Assembly (NCBI GenBank): GCA_030704615.1
Contig: CM060732.1
Coordinates: 60,016,001 to 60,080,000 of the forward strand
Length of the DNA: 64,000 nucleotides
Origin: Takakia lepidozioides
Taxonomy: Eukaryota > Plantae > Bryophyta
Direction: 5' to 3'
Shown: positions 24,722 to 37,379 of the stretch, piece after piece
Layout of the letters: every line of letters starts with the position of its first letter
How positions within the stretch are numbered: position 1 is the first letter of the stretch
The notes under the pieces: generated by a model
Database searches by the model: none
The model's input: only the letters and a program-made list of their open reading frames with translations
Told to the model about the DNA's origin: nothing
Position numbers and translations under genes: made by a program

Positions 24722-27700
24722 AAGCTTCCGGAACATTAAGATTAACATGCTAAGTGTGTGTCGGTGCTAAGTTTCAACCTCACAATAGAGCCCACCCATG
24801 AAAGGGGCGATACCCCAAGGGGAAGAGGCTTTTTTAGACTTCACTTTGAAAATGACTTAATGTCAATATCATGTCACAATGACATGCAGAGTTGGGTGCC
24901 CTAGTATCTATGACTGCCTCTCTCTTTGGTGAGAGAACCCCGGACAGTGTATCAGAAAATGAATATTGTCTTCAGATTGCCCACACAACGGGCAATTGCA
25001 CTCTCCCTTTCCTCTCTGCTTCTGTTTGCTGTTCAAAGGTAGGCTTCCTGCCCTGAGTTTAAATTTCAGTCTAGTGCCGAGAGTGGGTAGACCCTTGAGG
25101 TCATCCAAGATGTCCTCCCCCATGTCACAGACTGGAAACAAGTTCAGGGAAGTTTTCTGCCTAACTTCATTTTCATCAGACAATCTCATGGCAACAGACA
25201 TGGCTGAGGACACTACAGCCTCTAAGTCAGATTTATCTAGCAGGGTCAAGATTTGCGGATCCAGGTCCAGGTCCTTGAGGATCTCTTCTACTCTCTTCTG
25301 CCAGGACTTAGCCTGTTTAACAGGGCGGTCCTGTTTTTAAGATATAGAGTCGATTACTTAGGATATCTGGTGTTGGGCATATGTTGCAGCTGACCCCACC
25401 ATCTGACCTTGAATTCATCTCGTCGGGAGCTTAAGGACGGAATGCCAAACTCACCCCGAACAGCCACATTGGCTGTTTTGGAGCATGCTGACATACACTC
25501 CTTAAGCACCCCCACTTGAATGGATTCTAGAGACTTAGCCTGGTTGGAGTTATCAACCCATATAGCAGATCCGTACTCCAAGGCAGGTCTAATAACGCGA
25601 CAAAGCATGGTTTTCTTAACCTCAGAGTTGACCCCTCTGCAGTGGAAAAATTTAGTGAGCCCCAGAGCTTTGCCCTTGCCAGTTTGAACAACTTTCCGGA
25701 TATGTGCATCCCAATTACAATTGGAGGAGAACTCAACGCCCAGGTAAGTGTAGGAAGGGAGGATCGGGATCTCTTGGCTACCCCACTGCCACTTAAGATC
25801 ACTTCCTCCCTCTCCTCTGTCGGTTAATGCTACCACTGCACATTTGCTGACATTAGCCTCTAGCCCCCAAAGATCAAAGTATCTCTTCGCGCAATCAATC
25901 AACTCCTGGAGATTGGTTGGAGTCTCCCCTATGCCTGCGAAGTCATCCGCAAACATAAGGGCTGGTATGGTGGTATCACCCACCCTTAACCCAAATCCCT
26001 CACTTTCCACATCCTCGAGGAGTTGATTGATGAAAACATTGAAGAGCAGAGGGGAGAGAGTACATCCTTGAGCTACACCTTGGTCTATGTCAAAGAAGTT
26101 GGACTTCTGTCCGTTAACAGTGACACAGCTTTTGGTGTGAGCATACAAGTTGTGGACAACTCTCCACATCTTTCCCTTGATCCCACAAGACCAGAGGCGG
26201 AACCATAGGCCATCTCTCCACACTGAGTCATAAGCCTTTTTGACATCCAGGAAAAAGACATAAGTGGGTTTCCCTTCTTTTTTCCTTCCCTGGATAATCT
26301 GGCTTAGAGTGAAGATATGATCCACACAGCCCCTGTTTCGCCGAAAGCCAGCTTGGCCGTCGTGGAAACAACCTCTAGACTCCAGATCAACCTTGAGACG
26401 AGTACTTATAACTCTGCAGAATGTCTTGCCAACAGCATTGAGGAGCGTGATGCCACGGTAGTTCCCCGGTTCTTCTCTGTCACCCTTCTTGTATAGATTG
26501 ACAATGACCCCGTCGCCAGCGAAAGGGGATCATTTCAGTCTTCCAGATAAGGTTAAAGAGGAGAACTAGGGCCTCTATCATGGGATCGCCACCGTGCTTG
26601 ATAAGCTCGTTGACAATACCATCAGGTCCACCAGCTTTATATCCATTTAAATGTTCAATTGCTTCCACAATCTCAGAAGAACTAATGGGAGCATTATAAG
26701 CCATTGAAATATACTCCAGTTCATCAGGGCTGTTTTGAATCATAGGAACAGTTTTTCCAACTGTGTCCCTCCATTCAGCAGAAGACCCCTCACTGTTAGA
26801 CCTAAAAGTTCTGCCAAGGATACTGTAGTGAGTTTCAAAGGTTTTGACAATGTCAACCGATGAAGTCACCACTGCACCTTTAGTAGTCTTCAGCGCTTGT
26901 ACTTGCTGACTGTTTTTCGGCTTGTACAAACGTTGAAGGGCCAACCAGAATTTCTTGTCATTACCACCATGGTGGTTTGAGTTTATTTCACTGTATAACT
27001 TGTCCCAGTATAATTTCTTCTGAGACCTAACAAGCTGATTGATATCTTTACGGAGCTGGTAGTACCTCGCCCACAATTCTCTGTTGGTTTCCAAATTGCA
27101 GCACTCTTTATAGAGGGCTCGTCTCTCAGCTATCTTGAGTTTAATCTCATTAGTCCACCAATTAACTGCTCTACCGCAGACAATTAGTTTCCTCCCAATG
27201 ATCTTGTCAGCCAAGGAGGAAACGAAACTCTCCCAAGAGTCCACTGCTCTTTCGACTTCATTTCTTGCGTTAACAGAGCGTGACTGAAGTTCTTGGAGCG
27301 ATTGGACAAAATGAGGGAGAGCCTCTTGCAAGGCCTAGACGTACTCAGCCTTGACCTCCTCATTGTGGAATTTTTCTATGCGCCACTTCCGAATCGAACG
27401 TTTCACAGATCTCTTGGTGGTGGGAAAACACCTTTTGATCTCAGTCCAAACCAGGAAGTGGTCAGAGGTACCAATATCAGTTCTGTCGATCAACACATTG
27501 GCACACTGGGGAAACAAAATTTTGTCCATTATGATATAGTCCACAATGGAACGTTCCCCAGTTTGGGATTTCTCACGAGTCCACTGCACTTGGTCACCTC
27601 TTGTCCTGTTATTCAAGGTCAAAAGCTGAAGCTCTTCTAGACAGTAGTCTAATTAACCGTCTGCCATTAGAATTCAGCTCGTCCTCACCAAAAGGTCCAA

Positions 27701-29497
27701 TGATATCATCCTGATGGATCCCTTTGCCCACCCGGGCATTGAAGTCCCCCAATAGTACCACCTGACCTTTGGCAAGGAACGAAGCACAGTCCAGCTTTAC
27801 ATCTTCGAAGGCCTTGTCTGCGTCAGCACTAAGGGTCCCCTCTGTGGGCATGTAAACACAACCAACAAAGAGGTCCTTTGTACTCATGCCGCCCTTCACA
27901 GTTTTAGCCAGATACTATGCTCGTACCTCAAACCCTTGTTGATAATTTCACAATTGTCAAACAAGAAATCACGGACAAAGAATCCGACCCCTTTTTGACC
28001 GCGTTTGGCAGAGGCTGCCTTGAGAGTACACATCTTACCTGCCCATTTATAACCAATGACATCTCCAACCAGTTTATCCGACGTTTCCCATGTTTCTTGC
28101 CCAGCACAGATATGAATATCATTAGTCCGAAGAACTTGTCCCACTTCAAGTTGTTTCCTTTGGTTGGTCAACCCTGAGAAGTTGAAAGTGGCCAGCCGCA
28201 AGCCAGCCCTTTGCGTGTGAATTGTTTGTCGTCTAGGTAGCTTGTGATTGCTCCTGGACGGCCAACCGTTCTGCAAAGGGGGGACAGTTACCCCATGTGT
28301 AGATTTTGCTCGTCTTGTGTAAACTTTGAGAATTGGTAAACCATTCAGGGTACCAAATCTTTCAGTTATACACGGGGTAATTGTCCCCAAGCAGTCTGAC
28401 GGACAATCTGCCCCTATGTGTGCGGAGCCTGTGCGTCGTGCTCGTCTTGTGTAGACTTTGAGGATTGGTAAACCATTTAGAGTACCAAATCCTTCAGTTA
28501 CACGACGTTCAGGCTCTGCACACTTAGGGACAGATTGTCCATCTGACGGCTTGGGGACAATTACCCCGTGTATAGAATTTGTTCGTCTTGTGTAAACCTT
28601 GAGGATTGGTAAACCATTCAGAGTACCAAATCCTTCAGATTCAGGACGTTCAGGTTCCGCACACTTAGGGGCATCTTGTCTTTCTGGCTGTTTGGATTCA
28701 ACCTCATCCAGAGCATCAAACCGATTAGAAACTCTCAAGTTGAAGTTGTTGCCCTTGGTTGTCTTCCTAGAGCGCCCCATTGAATCACCAATGTCTAAGA
28801 CCGCCCTCCAGCCAGTCAAGGGACGAACTTCTTTGAGATTGAATTGATGCGGGACTCTATTAGAAGCACTTTTGGTCATTGCAACCTTCAACGTACCCCT
28901 GTTATCAAGTCTCGAGATGGTACCATTAGCCATGAAATCCAAGCCTAAGCTAGAGCATGTAGTTTTAAAGGACACATCGTCCATCCTGGGATTCACCCCA
29001 AAAACTACACATGAAGCCCTAGATTTGGCATAAGTAACCAATTCCCAGGGATCACCCTGAGGAGTGTTGATGTTGATAGGAGCTAAAAATTTTATTGTTT
29101 TCGCAGGCCATAAGTTTAAGCACAGGAACCAACCCGAGCCCAAGTGCCGAGTATGCTAGACAGAGCATACGACTGCCCAATTTGGGCGGAGGGGCTGCCC
29201 CCAAGCGGTAGGGGTCCGCTTGTTACCATTCAGAGATCACACTCCAGGGAGTTGCAGGGAATGGCCCATGTAGGCATATTCTAAAGAGGGAAAGGCCCCA
29301 AGCTTTCCAACTAAATCCAATGCACTACCTTACCTGAAGCAAAGCGCTTCAGGTCGAAACAAACAAGGACACGAGGTCACAAGGCCGGCATTTAGTCACA
29401 GAGACATTAATGTACTCCTGTTTCAAGTCCACCCAATGTCAATAGGCTTCCTAGAGGACAGGGAGATGGACTGGGTAAGAGAGAGGGGAGTGCGCTG
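24722..29497 (-). mobile_element. Near full-length non-LTR retrotransposon (ORF1-like region, APE, RT, C-terminal CCHC), RTEX/RTE-group-like
   Basis: APE: LRLATFNFSGL, GQETW, LLGDFNARVG, IVDYII, SDHFLV. RT: KAGGPDGI, FLDVKKAYDSV, GVAQGCTLSPLLFNVFI, LMFADD, YTYLGV. Finger: CPLCGQSEDNIHFLIHCP. Broken mainly by small frameshifts and interrupts the DYW coding sequence. Confidence 0.92.
28310..28670 (-). repeat. Three coding tandem repeats (FGTLNGLPILKVYTRR core) with one inverted spacer
   Basis: Cores at ~28310, 28442 and 28583. 28367-28440 is the reverse complement of 28501-28574. Confidence 0.9.
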
Positions 29498-29548
29498 GTG
29501 AATGGGATGTATATCGAACCCAAATCACAAGATTTTTACATATGTCGA

Positions 29549-29710
29549 TGTATCAGCACTACTTAATAGTTTCCATACTAGTCCAACAAGTCAAGATTTG
29601 AGCAAGTACATGGTGCTTTGACAGTGAATGCATTCAAACATTCTGTGACAAAATAGTTTGCAGGTATAGACCATGCAAGCATTATAGTCACTTATCACCA
29701 GGACATCCGG
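29549..29710 (+). repeat. Terminal block of the segmental duplication
   Basis: Direct copy of 13752-13910 (tgtatcagcactacttaat...). Confidence 0.9.
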
Positions 29711-29906
29711 GTTCATCACAGATGAGCCTGCAACTGGCCAATGTTGGGGGCACAAATCTCTGACCATCACTATGTCACAATAATCTGCAATAGGGTGGAG
29801 ATAAAGAGAGAGTTTGCAACTTATATGCAGTAACCTCCCCAAAGAGAGTCATGGGTTTTGCCCACTGAGGTAAAAAATAAGAGAGGTTCAAGCACATAGA
29901 GTCTCA

Positions 29907-32034
29907 TTAGTCGGTCTTCTCTCTGGCTGCCACAGTTTTCATACCACATATCTGTTCCCATGCCAAGTCCCGTGCCCACACAGGGAGGTGGTAGAAAATC
30001 AACATAATTTGAGATAGATGTCCATATGTAAAGTATGCAGGAGCTCGGTTCGACACAACAGCCTCCACAACCTTCATTGCAAACTTGTCAGTGGGTGTTG
30101 ATTTTGGACTCTGTGAAAACAGCACTCGACGGCGAAGAATTTCTTCATAGGGCTTGTAGAGCTTGAGACCCAAGCTTGCAATACCATCAAAAACTGCCAT
30201 GGCATTGACACCGATGTTGGAGACTGTAGCTCCAGGAGAAACTACTGTGACAGAAATCCCGAAAGGCTTTAGCTCTAACCTGTACAAACAGTATCAGAGG
30301 CACAATGTAAGTGAAGAGAAAGATGATGTCAAGTCAATAATCCATGCAGGCCATGAACCAGAAACAAAGATCTGAAAAGGGATGTGGGCTCCAGGGTAAA
30401 TGGAACTTGCAAGTATCGAAGGTTCAGATGCTGGTCTAAAGGGCATAAGTCCTGCAGACCACTAAGTGTCAGCACAAGAAATACCTTGCATGTAACCTCA
30501 TACTCTGGTAAAAGACAACTCAGTTGTATTCCAGATCACCAGCATCAAAGGTGTAGATTGTGTCTGAGGTGTGATGGCAGAATAGATCCTCTAGGTCTCC
30601 ACATCACAATATACAACACATCCATGCAATCAATCAGCTCTCCATGTAAGCATGGTCCATTTAAAATAATGTCCTGGTAGTTCGAGATCACATGCCTGAG
30701 AGCATCACTCAGAGCCTGCAATGCTGATTTGGAGGAAGTGTATCCACCACTCCAGGGCCCTGGGGCATATGCAGTGACACTGCTGACATTCAGAATTTTG
30801 CCATTCTTTCGAGCAGCCATGTGCGGCACCACAGCTTGAATCATTGCTACTGCACCTGAGTTTACAAATTACTTGCAGTTACTCTGGGCATAAGGTGTCA
30901 TGGCAAATGAGAACTCTTTCCTCTAGGTTATGTGTGCCTTTCAAGCATGGGGAAGGAAGAAAAAGTCACATGTTCTCACACTTTTCAGATACACTGGACA
31001 ACAATTGATGGGATTTCGATCTTAGAAAATGGGTTAAGATCTCACCGGGTAACCAGACCAATCAACTGAATCGCAGACATACGTTCACCATCAATTTTCT
31101 TTGTGCTCCACATACAGGAGTTTAGTACCCATCACGAGCAATTCTATGTGGCTAAGTTGTGACTGAGGCCCACCAAGAGGGGACAGTCCCAAGTCCAAGA
31201 GGCAAAAACTTGACAGCAAGTGGTGTTTGGCCATTGTAGCTGCAATTGCTGCAAGGAGAGATAAAGTGGCCAAGAGCAGAAACCCAACAGAAAGAGGTAG
31301 AGCCAATTAGAGACAGACAGACACACATACACACAAAGGCGCGAGAGTGATGAGTCATTGACGATTTCCTGTGACTGTTGAAGTATATGACCTACCCTTG
31401 ATCATAGCTCCCACGAGATACCGTACCCACTAATGAAGTTTCCCAGCAATGGCTAGAATTCAACCCGGGATTGTCAATGGCCAGCCACAATAGGGTTACA
31501 GGGGATAGAGTGCTGGAATTGGAATAATATTGGAAAGCAGTGACAATTTGATTTTTCAGCACGGATAACGTAGCCCAGAGATGACACATGCGTCTACAGT
31601 CGCATGAAAGTCCGCAAGAGCAAGGCAAGAACAAAGAGATGAACCTTACAACGTCACAAGAAGGAGAGAATTAAAGTACCGAAAACATTAGTCTGGTAGG
31701 TCTTCTCGAGTAGAGACATGGGGCATTCCGCAACGGGAGCCACGCAATTAATGCCAGCATTGTTCACCAGAATATCAATGCGTCCGTGCTTTGTGATAAC
31801 ACTTTCTATCGTCTCCCTGATCGAAGACTCCACCGTCACATCCAGAGTCAGCACATCAATATGAGGTTGAACCTCCAGCGCTGCAAGGCTTTTCAAGGAC
31901 CGTGCTGTTGCTACCACCGTGAACCCAATATCAGCAAATCTCAGGGCCAGAGCATGGCCGATTCCCCCCGCCGAGCATCCCGTTATGATAACCACTTCCT
32001 CCCTCCTTTGGGAGCCATGGGCTTCTCCTCCCAT
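29907..32034 (-). CDS. Classical short-chain dehydrogenase/reductase (Ayr1/17-beta-HSD-like), 3 exons (32034-31680, 30855-30696, 30279-29907; 295 aa)
   Basis: [30 protein letters not shown] (YxxxK), [18 protein letters not shown]. The exons sum to 888 nt when intron 2 uses a GC donor. Confidence 0.93.
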
Positions 32035-32866
32035 CTTTGCCTCTGTGTCTACAAGAAAGAACAGAGCTGGTTACACAAGCAGCGCAATCAAGGGGCACCT
32101 GAAGACTTGTGCGCATACAAAACATACATCTCCACTCTTGCTTTAATACAACTACCGAGAACCCCGTTTCGAATAGAATGTCCTCTTCTCTCTTTCTTCT
32201 TCTTCTTCTCTTCTATCGTTTCCCCATCAAGAAGCTCCTTTCAGCTCCGACCACACAGTTAGGCGACAATTGCGCTTGCCGGGGAAAGTAGACAGGAATA
32301 GCAAGCTAAGCTGGGCCACTATGTCCCACACACACACACACACACACTGCGGGGATAGTGCCGGGGCTGCCCAGCCTCCCACCTGCCCGCTGCGCCACGT
32401 CCTCCATGCCACGCTGGCGCACAAGGAGGCTATGGTGCCACGCATTGCCATGGACTCTGTGGACCTGTGGAACAAGTGATGATGCGGGCCGCTATCCCAT
32501 ATCTCACACCTGTATAAGAGCAGCCTTCCATGTACCCGGCCCACCGTTTCAGGGAGGAAACGGACAAAAATGGCCGGGTACGATTTTCGCTTCCATACAT
32601 ACATGGGGCGACGGGCCGGCGGACGAGTTCCTGTGTTGGTAGCGCAGCCAGGTCGTCCGCCCAGTAACGCGAATTAATTGCAGCATGTACTTTCCTGCCA
32701 CGTCATGCTATAGTCACTCGTACCTGCAGTACCCTTTAGCACGTCATGCTAAAGTCCAAAACTATTACTCAGCCGCCGAGCTCCATATGACATTGGAAAT
32801 TCTTGAGTGAACCCAGCCTTTTTTTTAAGCACAGGGCCGAGCTCCTACCAAACGCTCTAAGGATCC

Positions 32867-34215
32867 ATATGGGGCCATACCACACCAACGGCACTAACGT
32901 GAACGTTGCAGGCTAGAGATTGTTGGATAATATAGGTCCATGTCAAACGGCAATGAATCGGCTACCACACTATAGCAGAAGCCCCGCTGGTAGGAGAGAC
33001 CAGCTTTGCGATGGCATCATGACAAAATGTCTTCCTAAAAGTGTGGATTTCCAAAGGATACTGTCTGGAAATCCGTATTTCACGGTAATGTGACATGTAA
33101 GCGCCATGTCAACACCTCTCTGTCAGTAGCAGGCCCTCGTGTGGTAGGCAGAACGGCACACTTGCCCTCCCTTAAACCAATAGGAGGGTCCGAAATTGAG
33201 TGCCATTGCCCACCTTGCTATTAGTGTGGTATCGGTATCGCCCTAAATTATGATGCGGGGCCGCTCTCCCATATGTCACACGTGTATAAGGTCCATGACA
33301 CACGAGCGGCAGAAAATTGTCCGTTCCAAATACCAAAGGCTAGGAGTTTTGCCTATATATAGATCCACATCAGCCTACATCAGCGATAAAATCTTGTTGG
33401 CTACCACATGGGAAAGGATAGGCAGCGGCAATGGTTTCCCACCATAATTCAAATATCACAACCAAATCGACACACGGAGCATATGTAGGCAGAGGGGAGC
33501 TTGGTGTGGCAAGTGGGGGAAAGGACAAGCTTTCTTCCCGGCCCCATATCATGGCTTGTTTTACGGTTTCCAGGGGCTGATGGCTGGAAGAGCGATAGAG
33601 GTGCTGATCCCCACAGTGGTAGCCACACAAGCTCCGCATAGGATTTAACATGGGCATATGTCCAGCTGTGTGGTAGCCACAGCTTCATCGTCAACCTATA
33701 AAATAGATACAGTTCTACTTTTATGTGTGCCGCTGCCGCTCATGTGTCAATGCCCTAAGGCTCAATCTAAGGCAACTAGCGGCAAGAGGGGCAACTACAC
33801 TCAATTTCAGACCTTCATATTGGTTAAAAAGGAGGGCAGTGTGCGGCTCTGCCTACCACACTAGCAGCTACTGCCGACGGAGAGGCGTTGACATGGCTCC
33901 AACCTGGCGCCTACATGTCACATCACCGTGAAATACAGATTTCCCGGCGGCGTCCCCTCGAAATCCACAATTTTAGGAAGAAATTTTGTCGTGATGCGAT
34001 TTCCCCGACATCACGAAGGTGCAATGTCGAAGGTTCTAGGAATTGGTTATTTTTAGAATAAAAAGATAAGGTAGTTGCGATTTTTTGCGGGTTGGGCTTA
34101 TGCTATAGTGTGGTAGCCGATTCATTGCCGCTTGGTGACATGGACCTATATCATCCAACAATCCCTAGCGTTCCACGTCCACGCCGTTGGTGTGCCACTA
34201 GTGTGGTACGGGCCT
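32867..34215. mobile_element. Long-TIR foldback non-autonomous DNA transposon
   Basis: 32867-33225 is a diverged reverse complement of 33775-34215. Termini read ggccataccacac and gtgtggtacgggcc. No ORF is present. PIF/Harbinger affinity is inference. Confidence 0.7.
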
Positions 34216-34359
34216 TATAGAAGATATTGCCATATAGTGCCTATCTTACAAGTGGATGTGGTAAGTGTTTTTTTTATAAATATTCTATATATATATTAAT
34301 ATCTCAGTTGGTAGCTGGGGTGGGTGGTTTGGGGTTCAAACCCATTGCCTTCTCCGTGT

Positions 34360-35960
34360 CGAGGGTTGGTATCCTCTAAGCACGGTCATGGGAGTTTTAT
34401 GTTTTTAAACCTCGGTCATAGGAGTTATATGTTTCAAAACGGAGTAAAACCATAAGTGGATATAGAGGACCGGTGCATTTGTACGGTACATCTACACCAA
34501 TTCAGCAAGGCGAAACTTTCAGTAATGTAGCCAAAAACCCTAAACCAATAGCGGCGGCGGCGAGTTTTGCATTGAGAAATATTTGGTGATATGGGCACAA
34601 ACCTAAGCAACATTGAGAAACCCTCACTGGTATAGCTTGAGTCGAAAAAATTTATACGAAATCCCATCACCCAACAATCCCACATCCAAAAGGAATGGGT
34701 GGGGACTTTAACCCCTAAACGCCCGCATGCCTTCAATAACTTTTACCAAAAAATTGACCCCCGGCCAGAAAAACGAGCGTAATTTTTGAAAAAAAATGAA
34801 TCTACAAAAAAGTGACCAAACAATAAAGTTATCCGTTGAGTGACCATCCCTTCCACCCCTTGATACATCCCCACTATACCTCTCCTGGGCACTTTGCGCG
34901 TATCCGAGAAGTCCTACAAACAGAGTACCAAAAGCAGAACTAGGGACGGCAGGTGCGCACGTATTCTCATTTAATCAGAGTGGGCCTCCCTGCTTGCGAA
35001 ACTATTTTTAACTGCTCACATAGGCCCTCACAGCAACACTTAAGAAAGTAGCTCCTATACCTGATGAACATGTTACCCTATAGGCGTGGCTTTTGAGGCT
35101 CCACCTCAACTTTAAGGTCCTTGCATTAAGAAATATTTGGTGATATGGGCACAAACTAAGGATCGGTGAATTCCGCAATGAGAAATACTTGGTGATATGG
35201 GCAGAAACTAAGCAAGCGATGGGTTTGCATTGAGAAATCCCATCACCCAAAAATCCTACATCCAAAAGGAACGGGTGGGGGACTTGAAAAGTGACATATT
35301 CATCCTTTTAGCCACAATGTGATTGCTTCTCAGGCATAATTTCGCAGTGCGAAATTATCCATGGGTGATTTATTTATTTATTTTTAATTTAAAGCAAGGG
35401 AACTGTCGCCACTACAGGTTTAGGGTTTTTGGCTACACTACTGAAGGTTCCGCCTCGCTGAATTGGCGCAGATGTACTGTACAAATGCACCAGTCCTCTA
35501 TACTCGCTTATGGATTCACCATTCGCACAGAGTAGGTGAGGAAGGGCATCAGATGGGGTGTCACACCATTCCCTTCATCCACCACGTAGAACTTGCCTGC
35601 AGGACTTGACGGAATAGTATGTATTACTAAAGGTGTTCACTAGCTGAAAATTCTCTTGTGCAATAACTCGCAACTTCCGAAGCTAATCATGACAACAAAG
35701 TACTAAACTGAAAACAACCCAAATGAGTATGATCTACATACCACATTTAGGTGCCTTATGAGGATAAGGATTGGTAGACTTGCGCTTAGGACGTGGAGGG
35801 GGTACATGCTCTCCAGTGCCATTCTTCTGCACCTTCAAGAAATACTTTTGGGCATGACTACGTTTTGAAAATATATACTCCTATGACCGAGGTTTAGAAA
35901 CATATAACTCCCATGACCGTGGGTTGTGCTCACGTGCTCACATAATACCAACCCCCAACA
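34360..35960. mobile_element. Second foldback element with nested inverted arms and internal direct repeats
   Basis: 34449-34560 is inverted at 35403-35516, and 34360-34440 at ~35862-35957. gaaatatttggtgatatgggca-type motif occurs three times and gaaatcccatcacccaa...gggtggggactt twice. Confidence 0.6.
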
Positions 35961-36277
35961 CAGACTAGGGTCCGAGTAGTTGTTGGGAAATATTAGCGGG
36001 TTCATGGGTTCGGATCCGGGTCCTAATTAATTGATTAAATAAATTTTAAAAAATTATATAGAGATAAAAAAAATTTGGCTGGAAAAAAATAAATCCTAAC
36101 GGTGAATTTTTATTTTAAGACATTCTTTCAAAATATACCATGAATCTGTATTGCTCGTTTAACACATGAATTAAAATAGAATTTAAGTTCCATTCTTCAA
36201 TATCAATTCTTAAACATGTTAAGAATAGTAATATGCCTCAAGGCTCACTATAGCATGGATCTGCGGGAGCTGGCCTA

Positions 36278-36399
36278 ATAATAATATCTGAGGCCTCCTT
36301 CGGGAGGCATAAATTATGGCGTCATTGGCGGATTGAACCCACAACCACTTTTGAGGTAGTATGTGGCCCTTACAACTGGGCTACAACTTGGTTGTCCAC
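36278..36399 (-). mobile_element. tRNA-derived SINE, short (internally deleted) copy
   Basis: Minus strand reads ggacaacc...gtagcccagttgtaa...gggttcaatcc...cataatttatgcctcccgaaggaggc, followed by an (att)n tail. Confidence 0.7.
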
Positions 36400-37379
36400 T
36401 TGAGTGGTGGGGGCTGGCTCCTATCCCCCTCCACACGCCCTTTTTTTTTTTTTTTGAAGTTAAAAGGGGAGGTAGCATTGCAAAACCTAAGGTGGACCCT
36501 GAATGCCCCACCTAGAATTAAAACCCACTACACTGCCTGTGGATAGCACGGGTTCTGGACCTAGCTGGCGGGTACGGTTCCGGAAATGAACCCGCATCAA
36601 GGTCAAGGTCCAGGTTTGGGTTTTTGGTGATTGCACGGCCCTAACCCTCCCGGTAACCTGGGTCGAAACCCAGACCCGCACAACACTGGTAGTATCGAAT
36701 CTATGCACACTTGTTTCATACATGCTCAAAATTCTGCTTTCGTACTGCAGCAATGGTGTTCTGAAGTAGGTGGAGTAGGTGGACTCTGTCCCCCAACCTT
36801 GAACTCCAACATGCATAAACCAATGTTGAGGGAGCCATGCCGCATCAATCAACAACAGAATACCCAAATACCATTACAATCACACTGTGAACTTTCAAGC
36901 AACAACCATGGGATTGGATCTTGGTGGGTTAAGGCTAGCTTTCGACAACATTCATGCACGTTAGTCAAGAGAGCTCTCTGAAGCAGCACCATGAGAAACA
37001 TATAAACATGTCCACATATCAGATGCTGAACGCACTTGTGCACAGGGCTGCCCCTCTAGTCAAGCTCATTACAAAAACCGTATCCACTTCGATCTTCAAG
37101 CTTTGGAGAAGCTCCACCAGCCAACCCCAAAATTAGGACAGCACTCAGATTTCCTTCTGCTATCACCAGAGTCGGTCAAAATTCCCCCCCTCAGTCAAGT
37201 GCAATTATGGATTGACTTCCCACCTATGCTGGGTAGACCCACTATCATTTCCTGTGCATATGCCACAGGAAATGCACTCAACAGTAGGTCAATATTCCCA
37301 GGAAATGGTGGATGATCTGATAGCTACACAGATCAATGAATGAAGCAAGACACTCGCATCTTTCCAAGAAAACATCCTT

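Noticed and set aside
29170-29360. Self-cleaving ribozyme in the LINE 5' region
   Set aside because: Short hairpins exist (e.g. acctgaagc-aaagc-gcttcaggt), but no HDV-like pseudoknot could be established by eye.
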